A stretch of 64,000 nt of DNA from Lytechinus pictus. Taxonomy: Eukaryota. Location of the stretch: positions 13,208,001-13,272,000 of the forward strand of contig NC_087252.1 in NCBI RefSeq assembly GCF_037042905.1, in the 5' to 3' direction. The notes beneath the pieces were generated by a model. The model was not told the DNA's origin. It saw nothing but the letters and a program-made list of their open reading frames with translations, and searched no databases. A program made the translations under genes and the position numbers. Of this stretch, positions 62,309 through 64,000 are shown piece after piece (position 1 is the stretch's first letter; each line of letters starts with the position of its first letter).

Positions 62309-63458
62309 TTATGCGATTGCTACACAAACGAGTAAAAAATAGCTCAATTCATACTTGATAGATTCAAATCAGATTTTTTTGGGGGGATTCCGAAGCTAAC
62401 AAAACTGAAAAAAAGTTACCAGACACAGTGGGTTTTCTACCTCCATGGTTTTATCAGTGCTGCATACAGTTATGTGTCATGTGGAATTTCTTGTATGTAC
62501 ACTGTATTAGGTTATGTATGTTGGGGGGTGGATGTTGCAGGAATAATGTGCAAGTTATTACCCATCAATTACTTGCACTATGATTTTTTTTTAATGTTTG
62601 TTTCTGTCTTTGTGGGAGAAGGGGGAGCTGTCAGAATCCTAAAGCCTAAGAACTGTAGCTGGGGGAGGGGGGAGGGTGCACCTGCGGGTACCAATCCCCC
62701 CCTCCCTCAGATATGTCCCTCTCTCTGTCCCTGCTACTAGTGCTCGACACCCCTGGATCACATCCAGGGGCGGCAACCCCTTCAAGGAGGGGGCAATGTC
62801 TGTCACTCTAATTCAATTTACCCCCTCATTTCTTAGCGTACGTCAATCCAGCCTTATCGTTCATATCTGTGATAGAGGAAATCAAGAAACGACGAAGGCT
62901 GTTGGTGACTTCATCCAATCCTGTCTAAGATTGAATCATCCTTACGTTAATTTAACTGAATAACTTCAACTCTAATATTCATGTGATTTTCGGGTTCATC
63001 AAGAGGTATTGCGAAGGATGGATGACACACCATCCCTTCTCTCTGAAGACGTTTATCTACTATTGCCACTCTCAACCCAGGTGAATTGATGGTCCAAAAA
63101 TGGATCAACATAATGGTGTTCATTATCTTTCTTAATCAGATTGTTCTCATCCAGCTTGAATCACTAACCTAAAGAAGTGTGTAGATTACCCATTCAGGGG
63201 GCCATTTCAAGAATGACTGGTGATTCTTTTTAGCTTTTTAGCTCTATGAATAGCTCTATGAAACGCCAACCAAGATTCATTGATTTAATACCTGATACAC
63301 GATATCAAGAAAGCTTCAAAGACTGCTTCAAGCATCCCTAATACACACTGACTAAATTGGTCCCTACTAACTAGTTTACGAATGTTGATGAGATTGGGGT
63401 CTAAGAGTCTGACCATGGTTTGACCTATATTAAATCATCAGTATGAATGCAGTCTTTA

Positions 63459-63930
63459 GGTGGTTTCAGACCGCCTCGAAGTTCGTCAGTTCCAGGTATT
63501 TTCTGATCGGGAAATTTACCCCGATCAGAAAATACCAGGTAATTTGGCAAAGTGAAAGCAAATTACGCGTAATCTCCCCAAAAGAAAATACCCACTAAAT
63601 AGTAGGTACTTGTCAAAATTACGAGAACTTTCGCGGGGATTTTTCCAAGGTCGCAGGTATTTTGGCAATGTGAAAGCAATTTACGGGAACTTTTAGCCCG
63701 GTGTGTAGATGTCGCGGGCGCCGTGAGTGGCTGCTGAGCTAGCGATTTTGAATCTAGCGCCTCACTTGCTTCTCAGACCATACTGCGCATGCTCGTAACT
63801 TCAGGAACTTATCCCGAAGGGTATGTTTCAGGGCGGTGTGACTGCAGGAATAATTAATAGGTATTTTTAGCCTAAAAAAGTTCTCGTAATTTAACAGGAA
63901 TTCTTATGATCGAGGCGGTTTGAAAGCACC
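63459..63930 (+). mobile_element. MITE family B copy 3 (more diverged)
   Basis: Same TIR and body with scattered substitutions. Confidence 0.88.
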
Positions 63931-64000
63931 TATTGATGTCCACTTGCATCTCCTGCTGTCATTCAGGTGAGTAAAACCTTATCAGTAATCCACATGATCT

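Overview
AT-rich animal genomic DNA; the repeat families and intron style suggest an invertebrate deuterostome, probably a sea urchin (inference). One large minus-strand gene fills the window: a PHLDB/LL5-family protein with an N-terminal FHA domain, a long low-complexity region, coiled coils and a C-terminal PIP3-type PH domain. I assembled 14 phase-consistent GT-AG coding exons from ATG 50560 to TGA 1643, about 1420 aa. The introns hold many non-autonomous DNA transposons and SINE fragments. Most unusual observations: (1) a 1105-nt stretch with no AG on the coding strand directly upstream of one acceptor, with 225-nt and 239-nt AG-free zones at two more acceptors, suggesting very distant branch points; (2) four candidate alternative first exons whose donors match the phase of the next exon; (3) a cluster of small candidate cassette exons; (4) a 3.3-kb TIR element carrying a tRNA-like Pol III unit, a CTCF-like motif and antisense splice sites; (5) a decayed antisense LRR gene; (6) a minimal Penelope-type hammerhead motif. 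No prokaryotic systems are present.
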